Shown here: piece after piece, positions 28,656 to 41,684 of the stretch
How the letters are laid out: the number at the start of each line of letters is the position of its first letter
How positions within the stretch are numbered: position 1 is the stretch's first letter
DNA from: Octopus vulgaris
Taxonomy: Eukaryota
NCBI GenBank assembly: GCA_951406725.2
Contig: OX597836.1
Coordinates: 25,792,001-25,856,000 of the forward strand
Reading direction: 5' to 3'
DNA length: 64,000 nt
Translations under genes and position numbers: made by a program
Notes under the pieces: model-generated
Databases searched by the model: none
Seen by the model: only the letters and a program-made list of their open reading frames with translations
What the model was told of the DNA's origin: nothing

Positions 28656-28898
28656 AAAAGACACGGAATATAGGGAAACTGTAGCCAAAACCGTGAATGG
28701 AACTGATTTTTGAAAGTTAACCTATAACGGGTCCATATGCATGGGAAGACATGCAAACAGATTCATGCAGGTTTGAATGTGCACACCTGCATATTTCAAA
28801 ATATACAGACCCATGCGTTTAATGATGTGTATATTTGCACGCAAGCATACATGTGTACAATCATATACTTTTGTTTAGATGCGTATATACATGTATGT

Positions 28899-29222
28899 GA
28901 AGGCGCGTAGCTTAGTAATTAGGGCATTCGGCTCGCGATTGTAAAGTCGTGGGTTCAATTCCCGGCGATGCGTTGTGTCCTTGAGCAAGACACTTTATTT
29001 TCAAGTTGCTCCAGTCCACTCAGCTGGCAAAAATGAGTTGAACCTGTATTTGAAAGGGCCAGCATTGTCACCTTCTCTGTCACGCTGAATCCCCTTGGGA
29101 AATACGTGAAGGGTACGCGTGTCCGTGGAGTGCGCAACCACTTGCACGTTAATTTCACGAGCAGGCTGTTCTATTGATCGGATCAGCTGGGACCCTCGTC
29201 GTCGTAACCGACGGAGTGCTCC
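28899..29222 (+). mobile_element. tRNA-derived SINE family B with CORE-like segment
   Basis: Head ggcgcgtagcttagt...gggttcaattccc, followed by tgtgtccttgagcaagacactt...tgctccagtccactcagctg..aaatgagt. Confidence 0.8.
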
Positions 29223-29313
29223 TTATATACATGCATACATACACACATACATACATACATACATACATACATACATACATACATACATACATACATACAT
29301 ACATACATACATG

Positions 29314-29740
29314 CAACACTGCCTAAATCACAATCTTGAGAAATTAGGCTTCTCAAAACCAGAAAGGAGAAAGCTAATTCGAAGACTACAGATCCAATCC
29401 ATCACGGGAACTTTAAACATCTGTAAAACTTGCCAGAAATTTACCATTTAAATATATATGTGAGCATGTCTAGATATGCAACTATATGCATGAGAAGACA
29501 TATATAAAACAAAACATACAAATCTACACATATACATACATACTATACATACATACACACACACATACATACATACATGCATGCATACATACATACATAC
29601 ATACATATATATATATACATACACACAAAAATACTCTGTTTTATATGTTGAGATTCCAATGAAGGAGCCTTGGATCTAGGTTAGAAACTGGCCCTTTGCC
29701 TATTGGCAAGAAATCTTGAAATAAAACTGAGCAATCACAT
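29314..29740 (+). mobile_element. 3' end (ORF C-terminus and UTR) of an RLE-type non-LTR retrotransposon
   Basis: HCLNHNLEKLGFSKPERRKLIRRLQIQSITGTLNICKTCQKFTI*. Preceded by (CATA)n, and the UTR ends aataaaactgagcaatca. Confidence 0.65.
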
Positions 29741-29845
29741 ACTAGCATGTAGTCATAGAGGTCAGCTGCTCTGCCAATGTCAATATTTCTTCGAAAATGT
29801 AAGAAAGAGAGAGGGGGGAGAGAGAAGGGGAAAAGTGGGGTCCAT

Positions 29846-30250
29846 AACTACAGCAACTGCTTCGAAACCTCCAGTTTCTATATCCAGGTTATAAATTCAC
29901 ATTTAAGCCACTAATAATCGATGCGCTTGGTCCTGTGAATCAATACGTTGGTGACAATCTGGATAAGCCGAATATTTCAGGAAAAGAAATCGATCAGCTA
30001 ACACGCACATTACAAATACAATCCGTTAGTGGAACAGTAAAACTATGCAAAACTTTCCTAAAGTTTAAAATACGAATGGTTTTGTAATCTACATTCCAAA
30101 AATGGAGCAATGTATATTTTTTAGAGACTTGCTCCTTTTTCAGAGAAAAAAAACCCAACTTAGATAACTAAAAACAGAAGAGAACATACAAATATAGATG
30201 CTATATAGATACATACATACAAATATACATACATCTGTATATACATACAG
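29846..30250 (+). mobile_element. Second, divergent RLE-type retrotransposon 3' fragment
   Basis: Stop-free frame 29851-30087: QQLLRNLQFLYPGYKFTFKPLIIDALGPV...LQIQSVSGTVKLCKTFLKF. It has the P-I-I-(G)-ALG motif of RLE domains and is homologous to the 29314 fragment. Confidence 0.7.
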
Positions 30251-30993
30251 AGAGTAGAATATATATTGACACATCCGAAATCAAGATACGCTCTGCTCTT
30301 CTATGATTTTGTCTTAGGTTGTCTAACACAATGACTCAAATTTCTGTCGTCTCAATAAATATAGGTAGGTACATTATTATATTTGTAAAGCAATAAGTAC
30401 AGATAACCACCAGGATGTAATAAACTTATGACCATACCAAACTTATGATCATACATGTTTTCACTGGATAACTCTAGTCATTTCCTACTTCAATAATAAT
30501 ATTTTACCAACCCAATACGTTTTGTAATTGGTTAATAACATACACCATTTTGCTTTCTTTCGTGGAAACATAAATCACAAGTATTTTGCTATAAAGAACT
30601 GCATGAAATCTCAAGTACATTTGCCGTTATACTTACATGTCAGAGAATGTCATCTTCAATAAATTGCATTGCAAAAATGGCAGAGATTTGTTTGCCTTTA
30701 GAGACAGTTTTAGTTGGAGCAACATACTCACAAACAGATGTAATATAATCGATCTGCTTTCCAACATTCATTGCTTAATCACAGCATTTTTTTCCTTCTC
30801 CTCTTCTCTTCTCCTCTAGGGAAATTTCTCAAGAAATTTACAGGCGAATGCTATCCAATAGTATCGATACTCTAAATACTATTAAAAGTTGTTCTCATTC
30901 CTTACACTCACTTCCACCCTCACTCACTCCCTCGCTTCCTTTCCATCTTTCCTTCTTCCCCTTTCATATTTTTATATAAATGGATGTATGGAG

Positions 30994-31028
<35 letters not shown>

Positions 31029-31130
31029 GATTAACGAAGAAAGTTTGATCGGTGAATAGATGTAGGGAATTCTGTCTCCTATCTACAAAGAATAAATTCA
31101 CCAGATAAGCGCATGCATCAACATACATGT

Positions 31131-31189
<59 letters not shown>

Positions 31190-31567
31190 CACACACATAC
31201 TCACAAACACACACACAAACACACACAAACACACACACACATCTATATATATTGTGCTTAAGTTGTTTCTGTTTTGTCGACAAATTCTATCGTTTGTATG
31301 CATCTCTGTATGAAATCATTTATAAGTATTTGTATGTGAATACACTTGACAATGGCTATATCTAACTATGTTTTATTTTTGGAAGGAAGAGCAGTATTGA
31401 AGAGAGTTGCAGGGACTCCAAGACTGGCAGGAAAGAGATAGAGGGGAGGAGACGAACCAACGAATCATACTAGAAGCAGTGTATGTATTGTCAAACTTAG
31501 GAGCTGATCAGCAAAATGTACCCCAAGAGGGTATTGAACAAATAACGGTTTAAATCTAGCTGGTTTA

Positions 31568-31910
31568 TGTAAAGGGTAAATACCCCCTTCGATCATGAAA
31601 GACCATGGGATTGCACTTAGAAAGTTCTCCTCCGAGGCACAGGTCTGGGCAAAGTTGTTTGTGGAAGACCAGCAGTTTCCCATACATCCCAGCCTCCCGT
31701 CTGCATGACACTGATGTTATGTAAGGGAAAGGCAATGGGACCGATACAGATTGGTACTAATGACGTCGTAATTCATTTCTGCAGATGAGTGAACTGGAGG
31801 AATGGGAAATAAAGAGTCTTGCTCAAGAACACAATACACAGCCCGGTCTGAGAATCGAACTCACTACCCCATGATTGTGAGCCCGACGCTCTAACCACTG
31901 AGCCATGCGC
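31568..31910 (-). mobile_element. SINE family B-type head with an RTE/BovB-like tail
   Basis: Minus-strand head gcgcatggctcagtggttagagcg...gagttcgattctc, CORE-like tgtgttcttgagcaagactcttta, and a tail containing ctgctggtcttccacaaacaactttgccca. Confidence 0.7.
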
Positions 31911-32113
31911 ATAAAAATACTCAAGAGTCAGATGATGGAGATAAACAGAGTAAAAGAACAAGTGTACCACACGTTTGTACTACGCTAGGACGCGTCAAGG
32001 CTTCGCGTGATGGTGTTAAACAAGGTGAGAGCTTAAGTCTTGCACCTTTATGTTTTGCAAAAAGCAACACACACCAACGTGACGATGTTAAGACCAGGGT
32101 ACACACTAGGGCA

Positions 32114-32551
32114 TGCCGGTGTATAAGACACGCTTTTTAAAATTCTTAAACGTCATGAATCTAAAGCGATCGTATGGTGGATGAGAATTCGAATTGTAGG
32201 AAGAAACAGTAATTTATTTTTTTCAACAAAATATATATTTCTTTACTACCCACAAGGGGCTAAACACAGAGGGGACAAACAAGAACAGACAAACGGATTA
32301 AGTCGATTACATCGATACCAATGCGTAACTGGTACTTAATTTATCGACCCCGAAAGGATGAAAGGCAAAGTCGACCTCGACGGAATTTGAACTCAGAACG
32401 TAACGGCAGACGAAATACGGCTACGCATTTCGCCCGGCGTGCTAACGTTTCTGCCAGCTCGCCGCCTTTCAACAAAATATAGTTTTCTCTCCTCAAAAGG
32501 TAGGGGCTTTTCTTATGCAAAAGCGCTTCTTATACACCAACAAATACGGTA
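32114..32551. mobile_element. Non-autonomous pogo/Tc2-like DNA element interrupted by a SINE
   Basis: Inverted termini tgccggtgtataagac / ttcttatacaccaacaaatacggta. Confidence 0.6.
32236..32466 (-). mobile_element. Young full-length SINE family A
   Basis: Perfect 15-bp TSD tttcaacaaaatata at 32221-32235 and 32467-32481. Confidence 0.93.
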
Positions 32552-33329
32552 GTTATCCGTCGAACAAACCAAAAACCAGAGGACATGTGTCACATGGTTC
32601 CCAGTTTTATATCAAAACTATTTATTGTCTAGTTTGTTTTAGGTTTTAAACTGTATCGATCTCTTTGTTTAAATAGTTTGCTTTTTTCAATAACGTCAAA
32701 TCGAAAGCGGGGTGGGGCCACCGCCGAACTCTCTGCCTGGCGCAGTGCAGGCAATATTTCTGAAACCAATTTTCGCATTATATTCTTCATTACTCAGCAT
32801 TACCGCCTTTATTGTTTCCATTTTTGTTTCATAGAAATTTATTACCTCTCTTTTTTTAAATCTCGAAATTGATTATACATGAGATGACAACAGCATTAAT
32901 TATATTTAATTAGCTTAATTTATAGGAGACCTACTACCATGGCCATCCCCTCACATAGAAACAATAGAGAGTCTAGCAAATTATAAATTTCTATTGAAAT
33001 CGCTGCAGATGTTAATTAATTTCGTTTATAGCCTGTTATGAATACATATACATACATGCACACATACTCACACACACACACATGTTATATATCTGTGTGC
33101 GTATGTTACTTTGCCATATGGCTTGTACTGCGAGACCCTCCCCTCATGTGATATCCATCAGAGGTCACAAATATTTCGACACTTTTCAATAGTACTTTGG
33201 TAACACTGAGGCTACCAAGGAGTGTTTGGGTTCTTTTTATTCATATTGTAGTACGTTTCTTCCCTCTGTTGTCAAAGCAGACACGTCATCGGACTGGCTA
33301 TAGTAGTCACCTCTCTTACTAACAACCAA

Positions 33330-33580
33330 TCTTCTTTCCGACACGTACATAAGAAAATTACTAAGTTAGCTAATCATATCTGGGATCTGGAGACTATCAA
33401 TATACCACACTCCATTATATGGAGAATCGTCGAACGATCCACTCAAAGCGTTCATGGGTCAAAGAGGTTAAACTTTGTATAGCCAAAAGATCTCATATCC
33501 ACTTTAAATCTAAGAACTATACCGACCGACTGAATTCTAGATCCAAAATTGTTACTAAATTTACGCATCTGGATAAGTTA
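33330..33580 (+). mobile_element. Penelope-like GIY-YIG endonuclease C-terminal fragment
   Basis: TKLANHIWDLETINIPHSIIWRIVERS, then in a shifted frame KLCIAKRSHI, matching the TxLSxxIWxLK..IxWxI..CxLCxxE pattern. Confidence 0.65.
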
Positions 33581-34319
33581 TTATTATTGAACTGGAAAAC
33601 ACAACCCTCTCCGGATGCAACCCCACAAACGTTAAACTTTCCTATATGATTTAAGTACACTAAGCATATTAATTCTCATTCTAACAGGCGAAGAGACGCA
33701 ACTCTTATATCTCCCTCTTTACTCCATGCTTTTTCGCCCGCTCCCTTTTGTATTTACTTCCAGTTATTCTCGTTATTTGTCACATTTTCTCGGCTATAAT
33801 ACGGCTCGCTATTCATCCTAGTCTAACTAGTAGAAATTATATCATCTGCTCAACAACAAGCTAAAAACATAAAGTTTTTAGCTAAACCTTAGAGTGAAAC
33901 TGTTGATCCTGAACCAGCAACCGCGGTCAAAGATTCAGTCCCTAAAAGTGAACAAAATGACACTAACTTAAGACCAAACTACATAAACAAATATCAACAT
34001 CCGTAATACAAGATGGAGTGTGATATTGAAAAATTCATACAAAAAATTTCTAACAGTGAAATATGTTTGCAAACAGGACGTATTCCACGTTCTGAAACAT
34101 TTCCAATAAAAAGCAAGCGATAATCTTTTTCAGTTGGCATCTGTAGAGATAGGAATGAAATGCCGAAATGTCCGAGAGAAGTTGGCGACTGCAGAGTATC
34201 AAGAAACTTGACGTATTTTGTTTCTCACATCGAGTCATAGGTGAAGTTAATGCATCAACTTTGACAACAGAATTTTCCACCACAGAAAAATGGTGAGTAT
34301 TATTTGACAGATTTCTTGA

Positions 34320-35300
34320 ATAAGAATGTAGTTACGAGCATAAATTGAATTATGTGTCATGGAGAAATTTTCAACGATGAATCCTCCCATACAGTTGCAT
34401 AAAATATTTTCTCCATAAACAAATATTAGCAGAAGAGACTAACCGAACCATTATACCCTTTAAGTGATATCATTTTATTACTATGGTATTTTTAGATAGT
34501 GCATTATATATTATTATATTACGTGTGTAAAGCGAGTTTGCATTCTGTGGTATCTATCTTCTGATTGGTAATGTTCAGAATATTAAAGTTCCTTGGCCTG
34601 GTTGAACTTTTCCCTGATTGACACCGCGTACTTGAAACCCTAGCCAAGAAGGACAGAGAAAGCCAGGAGGAAGTAGAAAGGTTGAAAGTACATTACTTGT
34701 CAGATGAATAACAAGATGGATTTGTTTCTTTTCGCTTCAGTCTCATTTTTAAAATGAGAAAACGGCAAAATGATATTCACTGCAACTTATTTTGTACATG
34801 TCAAACCAAAGAACTTTATCATATTTTACCATCAATGTATAAATTGGGAGTTTAAAACTTAAAAAGATTTCTATCTTTTGACGATTATTGCAAGAAAGCA
34901 GGTTCTGGAATTGGAAACCTGATAAAGGAGGCATTGGATCAAAATGGTGTTCTCTTGCTAGCTTACAAGAGTTAAGAATGCGACAATGGTGCCAACATGC
35001 TATGCATTAAATGTTGCGCGGCCCAGATGCAGCAAAGTGCTGTACTAAAACCTATTGAATGTCTGACTACCTATAATATGTTTTCCTATATTCAGCAAAG
35101 ACTGAAAAATTCTTCACACACACACATGGGTTGTCAATCAATTCACCGTATGACACCTTTCTGGTGGGGTCGGCTAGAATACATTAGCCTGGAACTATTT
35201 CAATCATGTCTCATTGGTATAATCTAAAGGATTAATTTGACAGCAGCAGACACATGTCTTCTTTAGATGAATATTCATGAATTCCATCTAGTTCAACAAT
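34320..35300 (+). mobile_element. Highly degraded hAT-type transposase remnant
   Basis: Fragments HKLNYVSWRNFQR, GIGNLIKEALDQNG, CDNGANM (~34980-34998) and DAAKCC. Confidence 0.45.
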
Positions 35301-35684
35301 TTCGTTACCATTAAGGTTTTCTGAGATATTAATATCAATGGACGCTGTTGCTGATGCTGGAGAGGGAAACATAGAAGGAGTCATGGATAATGTGCAGAAA
35401 CTACCGGATCAGTTTGCGTCTCTGCCGACGGAGTATAAACGTCGTTAAACTTGTTAGCTGAAAGTAAACTAGCAACACTGGAGGTGGGGGGGAGATAAGA
35501 ATTTTTTAATGCAAACCAGCGAAGTGAGGAAAACCAAACAAAGAATTCTATCACATACCCAGAATCCTTATTTTGGAGAATTAAGAAATGTTTGATTTAT
35601 GTCATTCACGATTCTGTCTTCGGTCGTCTAACGAAATTTGAAACTGCAAACATAAATTTCTAATGATTTTTCCCTTCTGTCAGT

Positions 35685-36353
35685 ACACACACGCACGCAC
35701 AAACAGACACATACACACTAACACACACACACACACACATGCATATATGAATGTATGTATGCATGCATGTATGTAGGGATATATGTGTGTGAATACATAT
35801 ATACATATACACAGTCATACGTATATATATACACACACGCATATACATATATATAGAGAGAGATACAGATATATATGTATATATGAATGTATGTATACGT
35901 GTACATATGCATGCATGTATGTATATGTGTATGTATGTATGTATGTATGCATGCATATATGTATGTATGTTTGTATGTATGTATGTATGTTTGTATGTAT
36001 GTATGTATGTTTGTATGTATGTATGTATGTATGTATGTATGTATGTATGTATGTGTGTATGTATGTATGTGTGTGTATGTATGTATGTATGCATGTATGT
36101 ATGTGTGTTTGTATGTATGTATGTATGTATGTATGTATGTATGTAGGTATGTATGTATGTACGTATGTATGTATGTATGTATGTATGTATGTGTGTATGT
36201 ATGTATGTATGTATGTATGTGTGTATGTTTGTATGCATATATGTATGTATGTATGTTTGTATGTATGTATGTATGTATGTATGTTTGTATGTATGTATGT
36301 ATGTATGTATGTATGTATGTATGTATGTATGTATGTATGTATGCATGTATGTA
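35685..36353. repeat. (CA)n/(TATG)n compound microsatellite
   Basis: Direct reading. Confidence 0.95.
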
Positions 36354-36359
36354 TTGCAA

Positions 36360-36983
36360 AGATAAAGTTAACTGGTACTTCGGAGTTACGCCTATAGGTA
36401 TTTTTCAGCCAGCGAAAAAATTCATGCCCAGAAAATATTTATATAGGAAAGCCTCTACAAAAGAATGGATTATTTATGACGGGTCTTGCCATTATTCAAA
36501 TATTTTATTAGGCTTAGCAATACTAGTGGTGTCAATCTCTCTTCAGTACATAAGTGTCGGTGAATCATATATTGGTATTATCATGCCCTCACGTAAAACC
36601 CTAATCTTAAATAAGGAGTTGGTCTGGGATAAATATCTGGACCTGCAAGTCTATTTGATGTCTCGATTATGTATTATTACAACACCGACAGATGGGTTTT
36701 AGTCATTCTGCAAATAAAAAACACACTTGAAACTAAATTTTATATTTACATTAAATTGACTTTATCGAGACGATGGATTAGCCGTAACAGACAGCTATAA
36801 TGGCTCCACATACTAAATATATTTAGAAAAAAAAGAAAAACATTTATAAATGTTTTTGAAGAGCATTGGACTTAAAATTATAGTCGTTATTAACTTACTT
36901 TGATAAATTTTCATGCCTGAAAATCGATAGTTTTTTTTTTTTGTTTTTTTTTTTGTTTTTAGGAATTTTTTTTTCAGGTCTGG

Positions 36984-37029
<46 letters not shown>

Positions 37030-37330
37030 GTTGAGGCATTTTGAGGTCTGGAATTCGATACTTATGAACACTTTCATAAACCAATTGAAAAACGTCGCTA
37101 CATAAACACCTTCTGGTCACCTTCCTCACATTGTATTTAGAAAGTCCAGATCTGATATATAAGTATGAGAGAAACTTTAACCTCTCTTCTTCGTGAGATA
37201 TTTTCGCTTGGGCAGCCACTTACTACAACAGAGCTCTAAGGGGTACAAGCTTAGCAACACAAAAAAAAAGTCATAAACTCTGGTCATCTCACCAGTAAAA
37301 TACAGAAATAATCCCAGAAAGTTTATAGGG
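36360..37330 (+). mobile_element. Degraded Penelope-like RT domain, interrupted by (T)n/(TA)n
   Basis: Ordered fragments WIIYDGSCHYSNI, IGIIMPSRKTLILNKELVWD, LFDV, LYRDDGLAV (36760-36786), YEHFHKPIEKRRYINT and NLSSS*DIFAWAATYYNRAL. Confidence 0.75.
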
Positions 37331-37490
37331 GTTTCACGCCCATCATTCCCCTCAGTTTTGTGTCTAACCTCAGGAAGAAATTTGGACCTTTTAGACATGC
37401 ATTTCTCACAGTCATAGAATAAGAATTTCTTCCACCAAATGGTGTGTCTCCTTCTGTCCTTTTCTCAGTACGCACACACACACATACACA

Positions 37491-37609
<119 letters not shown>

Positions 37610-38424
37610 TCTACCTAGAGAGATAGAAATACATAAGTAAACCTTTATATACAGATAGAAAAGCAATATATGTAAATATTTTCTAACAGCTAAGAGATAT
37701 ATATATTTATAGCTTTTTATTTCTCAAGCTGGGTCGGTAGCTAGCTTTGTAGAAAGGAGAGTAGGTAGATTGATTGGTAACTATACAGGTAGATAGCTGG
37801 ATACATAACCAAGTAAATAAATAAAAATGATGTTCACGTCGGAAGGCATTAGTTACGCTGCGTGCACAAAATTATACACACACAAACAAACTCATATGCT
37901 CACGCAAATTCATATACACACGTATGTAGACAAACATTGACACATACATACTTCGGCATACATAGACCTTCTTTCAAAGCACGTATATACATGCACACAC
38001 ACACTCGTGCACTGTGTCATTTACACATTTCTCATTCTCAATTAATAAAAATAAGAAGAGGCAAAAAACTGAACACATTTCCATTGTGAAAAGCTGAAAT
38101 TATATCTTGCTTAGCTCTTTGAATGCAGGGAAACGTGATTTATTCGATGTTCTCACACGAAAAGACAACGTTGGTTCGATTCTCACTAGGAGTTGTCACA
38201 TATTTGTTCTCTATCATACGAGAACTCTTTGTTTCGACACGTTTTACTTCTTTTTTTCAAAACATGATCGTGTAAACATGTATTCAACTTTCAGTCCTAG
38301 ATTAATTAGTTACAATACGTCCATAAGGTACGTGATTGTATCGCTGAGAGATGTGTTATAGCTGAAGTAGAGAGTTACAGCGTATGGCAAACAGAAAAAA
38401 TTATTCAGTGAGAGAGAGAGATGA

Positions 38425-38780
38425 GCTAGCAGGATCGACCTGCTAGAAATAACAGCCAAATACCCCCCCACCCATCACATCTTACTGTCTTCGAGGAAAG
38501 AATGATAGAATGGATAACGATGTAGAAATAAAAGAGCAGGTCAGGTGGTCACGGGTGGAGTGTATTTAATCAAAAATTTACTCAACCAGAATCCGACCCC
38601 TAACCAAACGACAACCAGCATATTAAATACACTAGTGCCCTCTGCCGAGAGAAAGGTTGTATCTGGTCACACAACAAGTTTGAAATAGTAGCTAAATCCA
38701 CTTAAAAGAACACCTCACATAGACCAGACTATGAACAATTAGAGTTATCTCGATGTAAATAACAGAACTTACAGAATAAG
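38425..38780 (+). repeat. Interspersed repeat family E (unclassified)
   Basis: Motif gacctgctagaaata(a/g)cagccaaat...ctgtctt recurs at ~43855-44035, ~50510, ~55490-55660 and ~55885. Confidence 0.6.
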
Positions 38781-40104
38781 TTTGAGTTCCAAATTCATAA
38801 GATATTTCCTCTCTTCACGCCACATAAACTTAGAAGTTTTAACCATTATTTCTGACTACCGAAGCAGTCCGTATATTTGTTCTTTTATTTTACTGTTAAA
38901 TCTCATAGACTTGGTTTTTGCCTCTGTAATGGTTGAGGGCCGTCTTGTGCGGTTATTTCATTGCAAATGGTTGTCTTCTGCTGTATCTAACATAGGCTGT
39001 CAGATAGCAACACAACGTTATCTGTGTAATCAAGGTCCTCAAGTTGCTTACACATGGCAAACTGAATTCCTGTCGTTCTGTCTGTTGTGGTGGTTTTCAT
39101 TTACAAATCGGTCGTTAATAAAATTTGTACAGCAATATTGACCAGGCTGGTGGCACTCACACTGATGTGTAACCCCGAATTTCTGAAATGTCAATCGTAT
39201 TTGTTCTGTTGAATAAAATATGAAAGTCGGGACTTTTCTCTAAGAACACAAAGATCTGCAACTTTAACTGAAATGTGAGGTCAGTGCTACCGCATGGAGC
39301 AAGAGAGTAGAGGTCATTGGAAGCCAAACTAAAGAAGATGTAGATTTTCGTTAATCATTGCCTCACGAGGAGAGTCAGTATCTTACTGGCCGAAGAAAAT
39401 CAGCAGCAGAACCCTGCGGAAGCGAACGCAGAACAACGCAGTCGAGACGAAGAGGAAGTGAAAAGTGTAATGCTGGATTAGTGGCGTCCTGAGAAGGACC
39501 TAGCACAATGTCTCCAGGAAGACCCTCCGAGGAATCCTCAGGGTAAGATGAAGGGAGGAACATCAAAGAACTCTTAGCAACGTGATCTGGAGAATAAAGT
39601 GAGATCTGAATGAAGGTTAAATGCCCGTAACTGAGAGAAAATGCCCAAAACGAAGATGAGTTGGAATAGGAGAGTTCGTCTCAGGAGGAGGGCAAAAGCC
39701 TGGGCGAGTGAATTAACATGACTAGTATTTGTTTATATACGGTGTTCAAAAAGTGTCTCCGCACTAAGTATCTTATTGCAAAACAAATATTTATAAGATG
39801 GTATAAGACTACAAAAGAAGATATTAGACTTTACAAGACTTTAAAAAACTTTATAAGAGGTGTTGAAAGTGTCGTCCTTCATTTTCAATACATAAACTTG
39901 TTCCTTTTTCTTTAAAAAAAAAATTTTTTTCGGAATCATAAAAGATTTTGAATTTTGAAAAGAAAAAAAAATCATTTGAATCCAATTTGTCATAGGGTTG
40001 GTTTGATACGTTGTCTTTGCAAAACATTTCTTTGGGTTTCGAGGAGTCATTGATTTCAAATTTGATATTAGTAGGGACACAGAAAAAAGTGCATTTAATG
40101 ACTT

Positions 40105-40500
40105 ATGATTCAATTAACACACAGTAAACACTTTTTAATTATATAGGACTCAATTAACACACAGCTAACACCTCCATTTTATTACATATTACATAAATTG
40201 CCAGACAAATATCTTCCTTTAATGACCAACATCTCAATTAGGACACCTGAAATCATCATTAAATTGTCTATGATTCAACGCAAATTAAACCACCATTTAA
40301 TTACATATAAAATCATTAACACGGACCTAAAACCCTCATAAAATTTAATTAACACAGCTAAAGTTTTCTTTTAATTACATAAAACGCACTTACACACTCA
40401 ACTAAATTTTTCAATTTCATAAAATTTAATTAACGCACAATTAATACCTTCATTTAATTGCATATACGATACAATTCACACGTAATTAACAGCCTCAATA
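40105..40500. repeat. Degenerate ~40-bp minisatellite
   Basis: caattaacacacag at 40111 and 40151. Recurrent aattaacac and ttaattacat motifs continue to ~40495. Confidence 0.6.
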
Positions 40501-40764
40501 TCACCACAACCATCAGGCGCTGACCTCTCTGGACACCTCTCATGGTGATGTCAAACACATTACCCAAAACTTCTTCCTACACAACACAATGCTTCCTTAG
40601 ACACACCCTGTTAATAAAAGTCCCCTACACTACCCTTCAGCCCTACAAAGGAAACCCAAGTTAGGTTCACATTAGATTACCTCTCAAATACATAAAGAAA
40701 AGGCTGTTTAACTGATTGGTAAGGGTTCAATACCTAACACAATGCAACTGTTGTCTGTCTTTCA

Positions 40765-40970
40765 TTATCTTTTTACTTGTTTCAGGCATTAAAATGCGGC
40801 CATGCTGGGGCATTTCCCGGAAGAGCTTTCTTCTTTAGTCACATGAATCGACCCCAGTACTTATTTGTAAAATCTGGTACGTATTTTATGAGTTACTTTT
40901 GTCGAACGTATTCTATGAGTTACAGGGTCGTAACCACACCGATACCGATTACTAAGTGGTGGTAGGAGAC
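40765..40970 (-). mobile_element. SINE family D 3' half
   Basis: ttttacttgtttcaggcatt..tgcggccatgctgggg. Confidence 0.7.
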
Positions 40971-41020
40971 ATGTACAGACTCAAATCTACATGCGCGCGC
41001 ACACACACACATACGCACGT

Positions 41021-41103
<83 letters not shown>

Positions 41104-41166
41104 CACATACATATATATATGTGGGTATATATATACATATATATATATATACACACAAACATGTGT

Positions 41167-41256
<90 letters not shown>

Positions 41257-41303
41257 CACGTAAACACCAATTGTATATGTGTGAGTTTATATGTGTTTAT
41301 ATA

Positions 41304-41399
<96 letters not shown>

Positions 41400-41600
41400 C
41401 ACAACGGCATTCTCTCATTTCTGTATTTAAGAGATGAGCAATTATGTAGATTATTTACATTATTTACATTCGACGGGTATTTGTCCTCATCTTGTTTGTT
41501 GTTAACACAACGTTTCGGCTGATACACCCTCCAGCCTTCATCAGGTGTCTTGGGGAAATATCGAACGTGGATTCTCATTCCTAAGGTATTTTTCGATGTG
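41400..41600 (-). mobile_element. Short hammerhead-bearing element (Penelope-like terminal repeat) between (TA)n and (TAA)n
   Basis: Contains the fold at 41504-41549. A truncated second copy lies at ~58720-58797(+): aaaaataccttaggaatgagaa...gacacttgatgaaggct. Confidence 0.7.
41504..41549 (-). ncRNA. Minimal type-I hammerhead ribozyme (predicted)
   Basis: GACAC-CUGAUGA-A-GGCUG(GAGGGUGUAU)CAGCC-GAAAC-GUU-GUGUU: intact core, 5-bp stem I, 5-bp stem II, palindromic ACGU in place of stem III. Confidence 0.7.

Positions 41601-41684
<84 letters not shown>

Noticed and set aside
31990-32060. DGVKQGESLS RT-like motif
   Set aside because: Too short and isolated to call
39270-39720. Possible LINE AP-endonuclease remnant on the minus strand (RAFNLHS, APCGSTD)
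   Set aside because: Motifs too degenerate to support by eye
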